The notes beneath the pieces are model-generated. The model was not told the DNA's origin, searched no databases, and saw nothing but the letters and a program-made list of their open reading frames with translations. DNA of 64,000 nucleotides from Candidatus Latescibacterota bacterium (GTDB taxonomy: Bacteria > Latescibacterota > UBA2968 > UBA8231). The position numbers and the translations under genes were made by a program. The DNA lies in the NCBI GenBank assembly GCA_965248265.1, contig CBDFJF010000001.1, forward strand, positions 1,504,001 through 1,568,000, written 5' to 3'. Below are positions 9,714-19,726 of the stretch, piece after piece. The number at the start of each line of letters is the position of its first letter. The stretch's first letter is position 1.

Positions 9714-10634
9714 ATGCGAGAAATGAAGGGCTATATCGTACCGATCTTCACCCCGTTCAACCAGGACGGGTCGGTCGATGATGCGGCCATGCGCCACAAC
9801 ATTTCATACCTCATCGACGAGGACATCCACGGCATCACTCTGACCGGATCATTCGGAGAGTTCCCGCTGTTGAGCGTGCAGGAGCGCATCGATCTGTTCG
9901 AGATCGCTGCCGATGAAGGGGCTGGGCGATGCACCATCATTGCCGGCACCTCGGACGCCAGCACGGAAGCCGTGATCGAGATGAGCGAGGCTGCGGCGAA
10001 GAGCGGCTGTGACGGGCTCATGATCGTGCCGCCACCGTACCTGTTGCCCTCGGAACGCGATCTCGCCAACCATTTTAAGCTGATCGCTGATCGCGTCTCG
10101 TTGCCAATCACCATTTACAACAATCCACCGCGTACCGGATTGAGCATGAGCACGGGCCTGCTGCTCGAACTCAGTCAGCTCGAACGTGTGGTATCGGTCA
10201 AACAATCCAGCCAGAACTTCTTCGACCTGCTGGAACTCATCCGGCTGACGGCGGATCAGCCAGACTTCTGGGTAACCAACGGCCAGGAGCACTGGGCTTT
10301 CCCAGCTATGGTGATGGGAGCCCAGGCGGCCTACGGCGTATCACCGTTGCTGATCGGTCGGGAGTGCATCGAGCTCTACAATTGCGCCCAGCGCGACGAT
10401 GTCCAGGGCGGCCGCGCCATCCAATTGAAGGTCAATATCATCCGGGCCGCGTTGCGGCGTTGCGACGGCACCCCGGCCGCCTGTATTCGTGAACTTGCGA
10501 ACATGCGGGGCCTGGCCGGCGGCCATCCACGTGCCCCGATCACCGGGTTGTCAGACGAAGACAAGCGGACTCTGCAGGAGGCAATCGATGCGGTCGGCAT
10601 CACGCCCGTGGCACAGTCGGCCCTGGCGAACTGA
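9714..10634 (+). CDS. DapA/NanA family aldolase or dehydratase
   Basis: PIFTPF, GSFGEF (a GTTGE variant), catalytic IYNNP and VKQSS; GGAGA RBS before 9714. Confidence 0.9.
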   Translation: MREMKGYIVPIFTPFNQDGSVDDAAMRHNISYLIDEDIHGITLTGSFGEFPLLSVQERIDLFEIAADEGAGRCTIIAGTSDASTEAVIEMSEAAAKSGCDGLMIVPPPYLLPSERDLANHFKLIADRVSLPITIYNNPPRTGLSMSTGLLLELSQLERVVSVKQSSQNFFDLLELIRLTADQPDFWVTNGQEHWAFPAMVMGAQAAYGVSPLLIGRECIELYNCAQRDDVQGGRAIQLKVNIIRAALRRCDGTPAACIRELANMRGLAGGHPRAPITGLSDEDKRTLQEAIDAVGITPVAQSALAN

Positions 10635-11608
10635 TGCAATTCCGAACACTCGGACGCACCGGTCTGAGGGTTTCTTTACTCGGTTTTGGCACCGGTGGTC
10701 CACGCAATTTCGGCCAGGACTCCGACGTAACCTTTGAACAACAGAAGGCACTTGTACATTACTGCCTCGATTGCGGCATCAACCTCTTTGACACCGCGCA
10801 GGGCTACGGTGACTCGGAGCTGTTGCTGGCTCGCACCCTGGAGGGCGTACCGCGTGAACGGTACGTGCTGTCGAGCAAGTGGAGCCACACGGAGTGGAAA
10901 TCACCCAGCGGCACGGGTAAACCCGACGGTCCTATCTGGGAGGACCCGGAGAAGGTTGCCGAAGGCGTCGAATCGAGCCTGCAGCGGCTGTCGACTGATC
11001 ATATCGACATCTTCCACCTGCATGGAGTACTTCCCGACCAGAGCGCCATGGTCGCCGATCGCTTCGGTCCGGTCATCCAGCGACTCAAGGAGCAGGGCAA
11101 GATCCGCTTCCTCAGCTTGAGCGAGCGCTTCATATCGGATCCCAAGCACGAGGGATGCGTCGCCGGCATGAAGCGGGATCCTGAACTGTGGGATGTGATC
11201 ATGCTCAAGTACGGGATCCTCAATCAGTGGGCATCACGCGAAGCACTGCCCCTGGCGCAGGAAACGGGCACCGGCGTCATGAACATGGCCGCCGTGCGCA
11301 TCAAGCTCCCCGATCCTGAGAAGCTCGAAGCGCTGATCGCGGATTGGAAGCAGCGCGAACTGATCGACCGTGACAAGGTGCCGGACAAGAGGCCGCTCGA
11401 TTGGTTGATCCGCGACGGGGTCACCTCCGTCGTCGACGCAGCCTACAAGTTCGGCGCAGACCACCCGGCCGTCGCAACCCTGCTGACGGGCACCGTCAAC
11501 ATCGAACACCTCAAGCAGAACATCGCCGCCATTGAGCGGCCGCAACTGCCCGACAGCGACAAACAGAGGATTATTCAGTTGTTCAGCCACATCGCCGAGT
11601 ACGCGTGA
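10634..11608 (+). CDS. Aldo/keto reductase
   Basis: RTLGRTGLRVSLLGFG, GINLFDTAQGYGDSE, SLQRLSTDHIDIFHLH. Confidence 0.9.
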   Translation: MQFRTLGRTGLRVSLLGFGTGGPRNFGQDSDVTFEQQKALVHYCLDCGINLFDTAQGYGDSELLLARTLEGVPRERYVLSSKWSHTEWKSPSGTGKPDGPIWEDPEKVAEGVESSLQRLSTDHIDIFHLHGVLPDQSAMVADRFGPVIQRLKEQGKIRFLSLSERFISDPKHEGCVAGMKRDPELWDVIMLKYGILNQWASREALPLAQETGTGVMNMAAVRIKLPDPEKLEALIADWKQRELIDRDKVPDKRPLDWLIRDGVTSVVDAAYKFGADHPAVATLLTGTVNIEHLKQNIAAIERPQLPDSDKQRIIQLFSHIAEYA

Positions 11609-11618
11609 GCAGGACCGC

Positions 11619-12680
11619 ATGCCTCAACCAAAGATTGTCGTTTTCGCCCCGGCCGACGAAGAAAGTCTCGAACGGCTTCAGAACGCCGGCTGTCATCTCA
11701 TCGTAGGCTCGGCCGGCTGGTCCTCCCCGCAAGGCAATAGCGAGGATGAACTCGTCACGATGGCTCAGGATGCGGCCGTGCTGGCGGGAGCCACCATCAA
11801 GAGTGCCCGCATTTCACGTCGTGTGATGGAGTCATCCGACCAGCTGCGCCTCGTCGCCAAGTACTCGGTCGGCGTGGATGACGTCGATGTCGACGCCGCG
11901 ACCCAGTTGGGTGTCCTGGTCACCCATGCCCCCACGGAGGCCAACTGGGGATCGGTCGCCGAACACACCATGGCCACGATGCTGACGCTCTTGAAGAAAC
12001 TCCGCGAACGTGACCGCACCGTGCGCGCCGAAGCATGGCGCGCCCCGGAGCTGACGGCTACCTACGTGGGCCGGCGTGCCGATGGCTATACCGGTATTAC
12101 CATCGGCATCGTCGGACTCGGCCGCGTTGGCGGACGGGTCGCCAAACTGCTGCGCCCGTGGGGTGCGCGCGTCATCGCCGCCGATCCCTACATCGAGGCT
12201 CACCGTTTCGTCGACCACGGAGTCGAACAGGTGGATCTCGAGTCCCTGCTGCGTCAGGCTGACGTCGTCTCCGTGCATGTGACCTTGACCGCCGAAACCC
12301 GGCATTTGATCGGCCGTGAACAGCTCAGTATCATGAAGCCGACGGCCATCCTGCAGAACAACGCTCGGGGACCCATCGTCGATGAGGCAGCACTGGCTGA
12401 TGCCCTGCGCGGCGGCCAGATCGCCGCCGCCGCCCTCGACGTGTTCGAACATGAACCGCTGTTGCCGGACAGCCCGTTGCGCGAGTTGGGTGACAAGGTG
12501 CTGCTGACGCCCCATATGTCCGCCAGCTGCCAGCAGGCGGGTCTGCATGAAGGTTGCCGGTGGGCGGCGGAAGGCATCATCGAGGCGCTGCACGGACGGT
12601 TGCCCGGACACATCGTCAATCCGGAGGCCATCGAACCATGGCGGGCACGGTTCGAAGACCGATCCGCTTGCGACGGCTGA
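11619..12680 (+). CDS. D-isomer-specific 2-hydroxyacid dehydrogenase
   Basis: GIVGLGRVG, NNARGPIVDE, AALDVFEHEPL, LLTPHMSA. Confidence 0.9.
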   Translation: MPQPKIVVFAPADEESLERLQNAGCHLIVGSAGWSSPQGNSEDELVTMAQDAAVLAGATIKSARISRRVMESSDQLRLVAKYSVGVDDVDVDAATQLGVLVTHAPTEANWGSVAEHTMATMLTLLKKLRERDRTVRAEAWRAPELTATYVGRRADGYTGITIGIVGLGRVGGRVAKLLRPWGARVIAADPYIEAHRFVDHGVEQVDLESLLRQADVVSVHVTLTAETRHLIGREQLSIMKPTAILQNNARGPIVDEAALADALRGGQIAAAALDVFEHEPLLPDSPLRELGDKVLLTPHMSASCQQAGLHEGCRWAAEGIIEALHGRLPGHIVNPEAIEPWRARFEDRSACDG

Positions 12681-12699
12681 CCATGCAAGGAAACACCAA

Positions 12700-13863
12700 A
12701 TGAAAATTACCAGGGTGACACCCTACGTCATGTGGGGAGGCGACCGCGGCAAGGGGCCATTTTCTTCCACCATGTGGGGCGGTGGCGCCGGACGTAACTG
12801 GCTGTTCGTCAAAGTCGAGACAGACTCCGGACTGCACGGCTGGGGCGAGGGCTCTCTCGTCAACCAGACCCAGACCATCGCCCAGGCCGTACATCACCTG
12901 GCCGAGGACATCATCGGTCATGACGCCAGCGCCATCGAACGGCACTGGCAGGTCATGTTTCTGCACAACCGCTACCGCGGCGGTGTCGTCCTCAACTCAG
13001 CGCTGAGTGCCATCGATCAGGCGCTGTGGGATATCAAGGGCAAGGCGTTGGGCGTGCCGGTCTATCAGCTGTTGGGTGGCGCCGTGCGCAACCACATCCG
13101 CAGTTACTCGGGGGCCGGTGACGCCGAGCAGGCAGTCCAGCGAGTGAAGGAGGGCTTTACCGCTGTAAAAGGGGGTGCGTGGTACACGGACAAGGACATC
13201 GACGAGAAGCAGGTCGTGCCGCGTTTTCGCGAAGCGGTGGCTGCAATGCGCCAGGCCGTCGGCGCGGACGTCGACATCATGATCGACAATCACGGCCGTT
13301 CCCGCCCTTCGCTGGCGATCCGTCAGATCCGCGCCGTGGAAGAATTCGACCTCCTGTTCTTCGAGGAGCCGGTGCCACCGGACAACGTCGAGAACTACGC
13401 CCTGCTGCGGCAGGCTGGCCTCAAAATCGACATCGCCACCGGTGAACGGCTGCTTAACCGGTGGCAGTACCGTGAACTGATCGAGCGCCAGCTCGTCGAC
13501 GTGATTCAACCCGATGTCTGTCACTGCGGTGGCATATCGGAGTTTCGCCGTATCGCCGCGCTGGCCGAGATCTACCAGATCCAGCTGGCTCCGCACAATC
13601 CCAAAGGCCCTGTCGCCACGGCCGCCAGTGTTCACGCCTGCGCCACGATTCCGAACTTCCTCATTCTCGAGCACGTGCATCGTTGCCCGCTCTTCGAAGA
13701 GATCCAGATCGAACCGATGGTCATGGGCAACGGCGGTTATGATCTGCCGACGCGGCCGGGATTGGGCGTCGATCTCAATGAGGAAGTAATCGCCGCCAAC
13801 CCGCATAAGGACCGGCCGGTGATCCAGGCTTTTCTGGCGGACGGCACCCCCACACACCCGTGA
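12700..13863 (+). CDS. Mandelate racemase/enolase superfamily, galactonate dehydratase-like
   Basis: SAIDQALWDIKGKALGVPVYQLLGG, IDNHG, FFEEP, IATGERL, QPDVCHCGG, LAPHNP. Confidence 0.9.
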   Translation: MKITRVTPYVMWGGDRGKGPFSSTMWGGGAGRNWLFVKVETDSGLHGWGEGSLVNQTQTIAQAVHHLAEDIIGHDASAIERHWQVMFLHNRYRGGVVLNSALSAIDQALWDIKGKALGVPVYQLLGGAVRNHIRSYSGAGDAEQAVQRVKEGFTAVKGGAWYTDKDIDEKQVVPRFREAVAAMRQAVGADVDIMIDNHGRSRPSLAIRQIRAVEEFDLLFFEEPVPPDNVENYALLRQAGLKIDIATGERLLNRWQYRELIERQLVDVIQPDVCHCGGISEFRRIAALAEIYQIQLAPHNPKGPVATAASVHACATIPNFLILEHVHRCPLFEEIQIEPMVMGNGGYDLPTRPGLGVDLNEEVIAANPHKDRPVIQAFLADGTPTHP

Positions 13864-13944
13864 ACCTCCACCACACTGGGTTCGTCGTCCGCGACCGCTA
13901 TCTTGCGCTCGGCTACGGAACATCGTCGTAGATGAAAGGACAAC

Positions 13945-14109
13945 ATGATGCCGACCAAAACTCTCACGATTGACTCACAGGTACATGCCTACGAGCGGGA
14001 TCGTCCCGAACGACCCTGGAGTGGGTCTCTGCCGGGACCCGACGAGGTCACAGGCGACGATATGGTCGCAGCCTTTCGTCCGTCACCCCCATGTCCAGCA
14101 ACAGCGTGA
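13945..14109 (+). pseudogene. Amidohydrolase (Amidohydro_2) N-terminal fragment
   Basis: Hand translation MMPTKTLTIDSQVHAYERDRPERPWSGSLPGPDEVTGDDMVAA with an AAGGA RBS; family-like sequence stops at about 14073. Confidence 0.75.
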
Positions 14110-15181
14110 CTTGCGAGCGTATGAGGTCGAGATAGCCGTAGTCGCCGGTGAGCATGAGGGCGCACTCGGCCGCGACGGTCGCGGCGATGAAGTTGTGATC
14201 GGCCGACCAGCGGCTGTTCCAGCCATACAGACCTCCCCACCACTGTCCCTGTCGCTGTTCGCCGACTCTGCCCGTCGGTCCGACGTTGTCCGGCAGGATG
14301 CCGTCGTTGGCCCGCAGCCGCTCCATCCAGGCGTCGGTGTAGTCGAGAACCCACTGCCTGTACTTATCCTCGCCGGTGTACAGATACGCGTGTGTCACGA
14401 GGCCGGTGGCGGCCAGGTTGTCTGCTACATCCCCATTGAGGATGACTTCGTCGAATAGGTTGACGATTTCGTCACGGCGCTGATCGTCCTCATACCAATC
14501 CTCCTCGAGATCCGCCACCACCGGATGGAGATTCGAGCGCTGCGCGAAACCGGAGATGCCGATGCCGGTCAACCGGTACCAGGGGTCGATCAGTGCCTTC
14601 ACCCGGTCGGCATCCATGTGATGCATGGGGCCAACGCTACTGTGAAACGGTGACCGGATGATCCTGTTTATCGGGTCGTAGTTGGGTGCATGATCGTCCT
14701 CGCCCATGTACATCGCCGCGAACTTCCTGGTGCGGGCGATATTGTCCACATTGGTCGGATCGGCGACGCCCATATCGTAAAGGGCCATGTTGCCCTCACC
14801 CATGTGAAACCAGTCACATGGACCGTTCTGATTGTAGTACTCGTTGTGCAGTTGTCCCTCGAGATTGCGGTGCGGAGGTCCGATAGGATTGACGTCGTCG
14901 AAGCGGCGCGTCGTCGCGTCCCAGGCTCGCAGCGCCCACTCCCACAAGCGCTCATCGCCCCCCATCGAGTACAACAGTCCCCAATTGTGGAAGATCTCGT
15001 ACACGTCATCGACATCCTGTACGTAGTAGACGTTGCCATCCGGATAGCAGTACTTCTCGATGAACAGCTGCGCCGAGCGCTCCATCAGTCCGATCAGGTT
15101 GCGCTCCATGAGCGCCCACGCCGGAGGTGGAGCGATCTTGGTCGCGCGCAGGGTGGGCTGACTCTCGACAGGTGCTGGCAT
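14048..15181 (-). CDS. Conserved hypothetical protein (helical-barrel-like), probably C-terminally truncated
   Basis: Long ORF with GGAGG RBS; DDVYE, DWFHMGEG, LPDNVGPTG..WWGGLYGW; the 3' end runs into the amidohydrolase fragment. Confidence 0.7.
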   Translation of the reverse strand: MPAPVESQPTLRATKIAPPPAWALMERNLIGLMERSAQLFIEKYCYPDGNVYYVQDVDDVYEIFHNWGLLYSMGGDERLWEWALRAWDATTRRFDDVNPIGPPHRNLEGQLHNEYYNQNGPCDWFHMGEGNMALYDMGVADPTNVDNIARTRKFAAMYMGEDDHAPNYDPINRIIRSPFHSSVGPMHHMDADRVKALIDPWYRLTGIGISGFAQRSNLHPVVADLEEDWYEDDQRRDEIVNLFDEVILNGDVADNLAATGLVTHAYLYTGEDKYRQWVLDYTDAWMERLRANDGILPDNVGPTGRVGEQRQGQWWGGLYGWNSRWSADHNFIAATVAAECALMLTGDYGYLDLIRSQVTLLLDMGVTDERLRPYRRL

Positions 15182-15329
15182 GGGACCTCCCTACGGGTTT
15201 GTTGGGCTGCTCTTTTCTCGGCCTCGAGGTGCGCCTCATGAGTATAGGAGAAAGAAGAACACACTTGAAGTTCCACGCCGCGTGACCATACTTTGCGATG
15301 TTGTTGCCATTCACCATTGGAGGAGACTC

Positions 15330-16646
15330 ATGAGCAACGTCCCGATGACGCGACCTGCAGAAGCCAGGGCTGTCCACAGTACGAGGTACTTTCACTCCTC
15401 CACGTTCGTGGAGGTGGAGGATGGGCGCATCCTGCACGCCGCGAATCGGACCTTCACCACGTCCGATGACGGCGGCCTGACCTGGTCGGGGGAATCGCAG
15501 AGGCGAGACAGCGACGGAAACGAAGTCGGTCATGGCGGCACTTCATTGGTGAAGCTGTCCGGCAAAGGCATCGGTCTGGCCGCCATGGTTAAGGGCAAGG
15601 ACGACCCCAGGGCAAACTCGGGTGTCGTGTTCTGGCGGTCGGAGGACGCCGGCGAAACGTGGGAGCCACCCGTGAGGGTCACGCCCCATGGTATAGGCAC
15701 GCACGCGTATCAGGATGTCCTGCTGCGCACTTCGTCAGGGCGCCTCATCCTGCCAGTGTACGTATCCCTGGGCCAGGGTCAGGGACCCGGCGATGTGAAG
15801 CCGCCCAACAATGGCAAGCTGGTCAACAATCAATGGGTCTCCACGAGTGCCCACTTCTTCGACCCCCACTTCAGCGCCTCTCGGGTCTTCTACTCAGACG
15901 ACGACGGCCGGTCATGGCAACCTAACAAAGACGGCGAGCTAATCATTTTGTTAGATTGGTCCACCACGTTCAGTTACAATGGCGAGCCCAGCGTGGCCGA
16001 GGTGTCGCCGGGAACCCTCCTGCTGATGACCCGAACCGGCCTGGGGCGCCACTTCCAGGCCTGGTCCTACGACGATGGCGAGACGTGGACGAGGCTTCAG
16101 CCGAGCCCACTGGCGGCGGGCACGAGCCCCGCGCAGATACGCTCGATCCCGGCGACCGGCCATCTGCTCATGGTGTGGAACCAGGAGAACGAGGAGGAGA
16201 TCAAGTGGGGCTACAACCGCACGCGGCTGTCGTCGGCCGTCAGTCGAAACGGTGGAAGCGTGTGGGAATTCTTCCAGAACATAGAGTCCATTCACGAGCC
16301 CACCCGTGTGGAGCCCGGCCCTGTCCAGGCCCTTCGCCCCGAGGAGTGCCATTTCGAGCCTGGCGTACCAGCGCCAGAGCGTGACGCCCGGCACATCCTC
16401 CAATACGATTTCCACGGCCGCTGGTCCTACCCGTCGGTGTTCGTCATGAAGGACCGAGTCCTCGTCGCGTACACCTACTCCGTTTACGAAGAGCATCCCA
16501 CGGCAGCCCGGCTCGTGCTCAGCAGAGAGCAGGATGGCGCGCCCAACCAGAAGCTGAAGGTGCTGCCCCTGAGCTGGTTCTACGGCGGCAAGGAGCCGGC
16601 GGACAACCCCTCCCTGCCCAGAGCCCACGAGCCGGCCAGCCCGTAA
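15330..16646 (+). CDS. BNR/Asp-box sialidase-like protein
   Basis: SDDGGLTW, SEDAGETW, SDDDGRSW, SYDDGETW, SYPS; AGGAG RBS. Confidence 0.85.
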   Translation: MSNVPMTRPAEARAVHSTRYFHSSTFVEVEDGRILHAANRTFTTSDDGGLTWSGESQRRDSDGNEVGHGGTSLVKLSGKGIGLAAMVKGKDDPRANSGVVFWRSEDAGETWEPPVRVTPHGIGTHAYQDVLLRTSSGRLILPVYVSLGQGQGPGDVKPPNNGKLVNNQWVSTSAHFFDPHFSASRVFYSDDDGRSWQPNKDGELIILLDWSTTFSYNGEPSVAEVSPGTLLLMTRTGLGRHFQAWSYDDGETWTRLQPSPLAAGTSPAQIRSIPATGHLLMVWNQENEEEIKWGYNRTRLSSAVSRNGGSVWEFFQNIESIHEPTRVEPGPVQALRPEECHFEPGVPAPERDARHILQYDFHGRWSYPSVFVMKDRVLVAYTYSVYEEHPTAARLVLSREQDGAPNQKLKVLPLSWFYGGKEPADNPSLPRAHEPASP

Positions 16647-16710
16647 AAGATCTCCCACCTTCGGATGGCGCCCGTGGGCCAATCTGTGTTGGTTTTCACG
16701 GGATGGAATC

Positions 16711-17646
16711 ATGGAGGAGTCAGCAATGAGCGACTGTCCGTTTGTGATGACCGAGGAAGAGAAGTACGTCTTCGACCTGCGCGGTTACCTCGTCGTGCAC
16801 GACGTCCTTTCGCAGGATGAGATCGAGGCTTGCAATGCGGCCATCGATCACTTCCGCGACGAGATGGTGTTCCTCGACAGGGGGAGCAAGCCTGGTGGAT
16901 CGACGCCGCTTGCTGCCGAAGAGGGCCGTGGCGAGATCTGGGGCATCCTTGGCTGGCCCGCCCCGTATCGCGATCCATTTCGCAAGCTGCTCATTCACCC
17001 TGTGGTGGTCTCACGCCTCAATGCGCTTTGCGGCAAGCGGTTCCGTCTGGACCACGGACCCTGGCTCATCACCGGCCGTAAGGGGACAGATGGACATCGG
17101 CTTCACGGCGGCGGTGAGCCCTTCAGCCCCGCGAACTGGTACCATCAACAAAACGGGGAGATCTGCTGTCGGGCGGTGACCGTGTCCTGGCAGCTCACGG
17201 ACGTGCCCGCCGGAGCCGGTGGATTCTGCTGCATCCCCGGTAGCCACAAGTCCTGCGAGCCGATGCCGGAAGATCTGCCCTCCCTCGACGATGATATGGG
17301 CCTCGTCCTGCAGCCAGAGGTAAGAGCCGGGGGCGTCATTTTTTTTGCCGAGAACACGACTCACGGCACCCTGCCCTGGAAGGCGGAGCACGAGCGGCGA
17401 TCTGTTCTCTACAAGTACACGGAACGGGCCAATGCTCGCGACGTCGGACCGTACTTCACTCCACAGGAGCGCCATGGTAACTGGGTCGACGAGCTGACGC
17501 CGGAGCAACAGGCGCTCCTCTACGGACCCGGGTTGCACACGGCAGGAAAACCACTCCCCTACATCGACTCGGATGGGGAAAAGGTCTGGATCACGAATGT
17601 CCGCAAGGGTCCGGACGTCCGCAAAGGGCCCGGCCCTCTAAACTGA
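16711..17646 (+). CDS. PhyH-family Fe(II)/2OG enzyme with HGG motif
   Basis: FDLRGYLVV, LHGGG, GGFCCIPGSHK, HGTLPW, RRSVLYKY. Confidence 0.85.
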   Translation: MEESAMSDCPFVMTEEEKYVFDLRGYLVVHDVLSQDEIEACNAAIDHFRDEMVFLDRGSKPGGSTPLAAEEGRGEIWGILGWPAPYRDPFRKLLIHPVVVSRLNALCGKRFRLDHGPWLITGRKGTDGHRLHGGGEPFSPANWYHQQNGEICCRAVTVSWQLTDVPAGAGGFCCIPGSHKSCEPMPEDLPSLDDDMGLVLQPEVRAGGVIFFAENTTHGTLPWKAEHERRSVLYKYTERANARDVGPYFTPQERHGNWVDELTPEQQALLYGPGLHTAGKPLPYIDSDGEKVWITNVRKGPDVRKGPGPLN

Positions 17647-17657
17647 CTCGGAGCGTC

Positions 17658-18521
17658 ATGAACGAGAAAGAGAATTACTTCTGGGACCTCAACGGCTACC
17701 TGATCGTCCGCGACGTTCTCTCCCAGGAAGAGATAGACGAGACCAACCGGGCCCTCGATTTCGCCAAGCGCGGCGTTGAGGAACGGACCAAGGACACCGG
17801 GGGAGCCGATGCGCTCGGCGGAACGCAGGCGAGGTGGTACCTGACTGGCGAGAACCTGCTGCAGCTGCCGCACCCGCACTGCCGGCCTTTCCGCAAAATG
17901 CTGGCCCATCCCCAGATCGTGCATCACCTCGTATGCATGTGCGGCAAGGGGGTGCGCCTCGATCATGGTCCCCAGTTCAACAACGCGATCAAAGGCACAC
18001 AGGGTCTGCTCCTTCACGGGGCCGGCCATCCGCACCGTCCTGCCGTGGCCTATCACCATCAGAGCGGCGCTGGCTTCTGCAACGGCGTAACCGTCACCTG
18101 GAATCTGACGGACTGCCCCGCCGCCGGCGGCGGTTTCGCCTGCGTGCCGGGAAGCCACAAATCCAGATTCGAAATGCCCAGGGGCGTCCGGAACTGTGCC
18201 GACGACATGGGCACCGTCGTCCAACCCGAGATCCGCGCCGGCGACGTCCTCTTCTTCATGGATGGCGCCCAGACCCACGGCACTCATCCGTGGCGCAACA
18301 ACCACGAGCGCCGCTCCGTCCTGTTCAAGTACGCTGGGCGGACGGCTATCCGCGGTCACCTGGGATTCGCCCCTCCCGACAGATACTGGGAGAAGGAGAC
18401 CATCGAAGACATGTCGCCAGAAGAGCTCGCCGTGATGTGGGGGCCGTTCTCGGGCGATCAATCGAGGGTACCAGCCCTCGTCTGCGAGGAAGACGGCGCC
18501 GTGCACGTCGAAGGGGGCTGA
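17658..18521 (+). CDS. PhyH-family Fe(II)/2OG enzyme with HGA motif
   Basis: WDLNGYLIV, LHGAG, GGFACVPGSHK, HGTHPW, RRSVLFKY; paralog of the upstream gene. Confidence 0.85.
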   Translation: MNEKENYFWDLNGYLIVRDVLSQEEIDETNRALDFAKRGVEERTKDTGGADALGGTQARWYLTGENLLQLPHPHCRPFRKMLAHPQIVHHLVCMCGKGVRLDHGPQFNNAIKGTQGLLLHGAGHPHRPAVAYHHQSGAGFCNGVTVTWNLTDCPAAGGGFACVPGSHKSRFEMPRGVRNCADDMGTVVQPEIRAGDVLFFMDGAQTHGTHPWRNNHERRSVLFKYAGRTAIRGHLGFAPPDRYWEKETIEDMSPEELAVMWGPFSGDQSRVPALVCEEDGAVHVEGG

Positions 18522-18576
18522 GCCTGTGCGCGATAATACCCAGCCGAACCTGTTGTCGACAACACGAGGAAATGCC

Positions 18577-19716
18577 ATGACCGAACAACCTCTGTACCGA
18601 GTTGGCCTGATCGGCTGCGGCCGCAAGGGAACCGTGCACGCCCGTTCCTATGATCTGGATCCGCGTGCCGCCGTCGTCGCCGGCGCCGACACCGACCAGG
18701 AAAACCTCGACCTCTTCTGCGAGCGCTTCAATGTACCGGGTTACAGCAGCTATGAGGAGATGATCAAAAAGGAAAGCATCGATATCGCCTTACCGATCCT
18801 GCCAGTGGCACCCAATCCAGAGATCGTCATCCGCTGTGCACAATTGGGGGTAAAGGGAATCGGCTGTGAGAAGCCGATGGCTGCTTCGCTGGCTCAGGCC
18901 GATGAGATGGTAGCTCAGTGCCGCGCTCACGACGCCGTGCTGGCCGTCGGAGATCTGGACGTCAACCTGCCCCACTATGCCAGGGCCCGAGAGGTCATCG
19001 ATTCAGGCCTGATCGGTGAAGTGCGGACCATCAGCTTCATGATGGGCAGCGGCGCGCAGCTGTCTGGCGGCCACATCCAGCAGTTCAGCCTTGTCCGCTA
19101 CTTTGCCCGGGGCGCGGACGTCGCCTGGGTCATCGGCTGGGTCAGTGGCGATCCACAGAGCGACTACGACCAGGGCGGCGCCGGCTACATCCGCTTCGTC
19201 AACGGTGTCGAGGCTTTCTCCGACCGGCGAGATACCGCCCGTTATGGCTTTGAGGTTCGTTGCACTGAAGGCACTGTCGTCAGCGATTACCGCCACGTCC
19301 ACATATGGAAGATGTGCGCGGATGAGGGTCCGACCAAAAGAGAGTTCGAACGCGTCGAGGGCGTCGTCCCTGAGGCCGAGCTTTACGAAGGCAGCAAGAC
19401 CTACGATGCGGAGGGCTGGCGGGTTTTCCCCCGAAACAACGCCACGGCGCGAAACCTCATCGACTCCCTCGACAACGGCACGGAGCCACCCGCCAGCGGC
19501 GACAACGGCCGCAAAGCCCTGGAGATCGGCATCGCCTTACGCGAATCTCACCGTCGCGGCCACGTTCCGGTGAGCTGTCCCCTGCCCGACCGCAGCATGC
19601 GCATCGTCCCCAGCGATTCGCGCAACTTCAACAAAAAGCAGACCCGTGATCGCGAAGCCTACATGACCGGATTGCGGGCACAGAAGGTGGACCCGGCAAC
19701 ACTCGAGCAGAAGTAG
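18577..19716 (+). CDS. Gfo/Idh/MocA family oxidoreductase
   Basis: VGLIGCGRKG, CEKPMA. Confidence 0.9.
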   Translation: MTEQPLYRVGLIGCGRKGTVHARSYDLDPRAAVVAGADTDQENLDLFCERFNVPGYSSYEEMIKKESIDIALPILPVAPNPEIVIRCAQLGVKGIGCEKPMAASLAQADEMVAQCRAHDAVLAVGDLDVNLPHYARAREVIDSGLIGEVRTISFMMGSGAQLSGGHIQQFSLVRYFARGADVAWVIGWVSGDPQSDYDQGGAGYIRFVNGVEAFSDRRDTARYGFEVRCTEGTVVSDYRHVHIWKMCADEGPTKREFERVEGVVPEAELYEGSKTYDAEGWRVFPRNNATARNLIDSLDNGTEPPASGDNGRKALEIGIALRESHRRGHVPVSCPLPDRSMRIVPSDSRNFNKKQTRDREAYMTGLRAQKVDPATLEQK

Positions 19717-19726
19717 AGGCGAAAGG

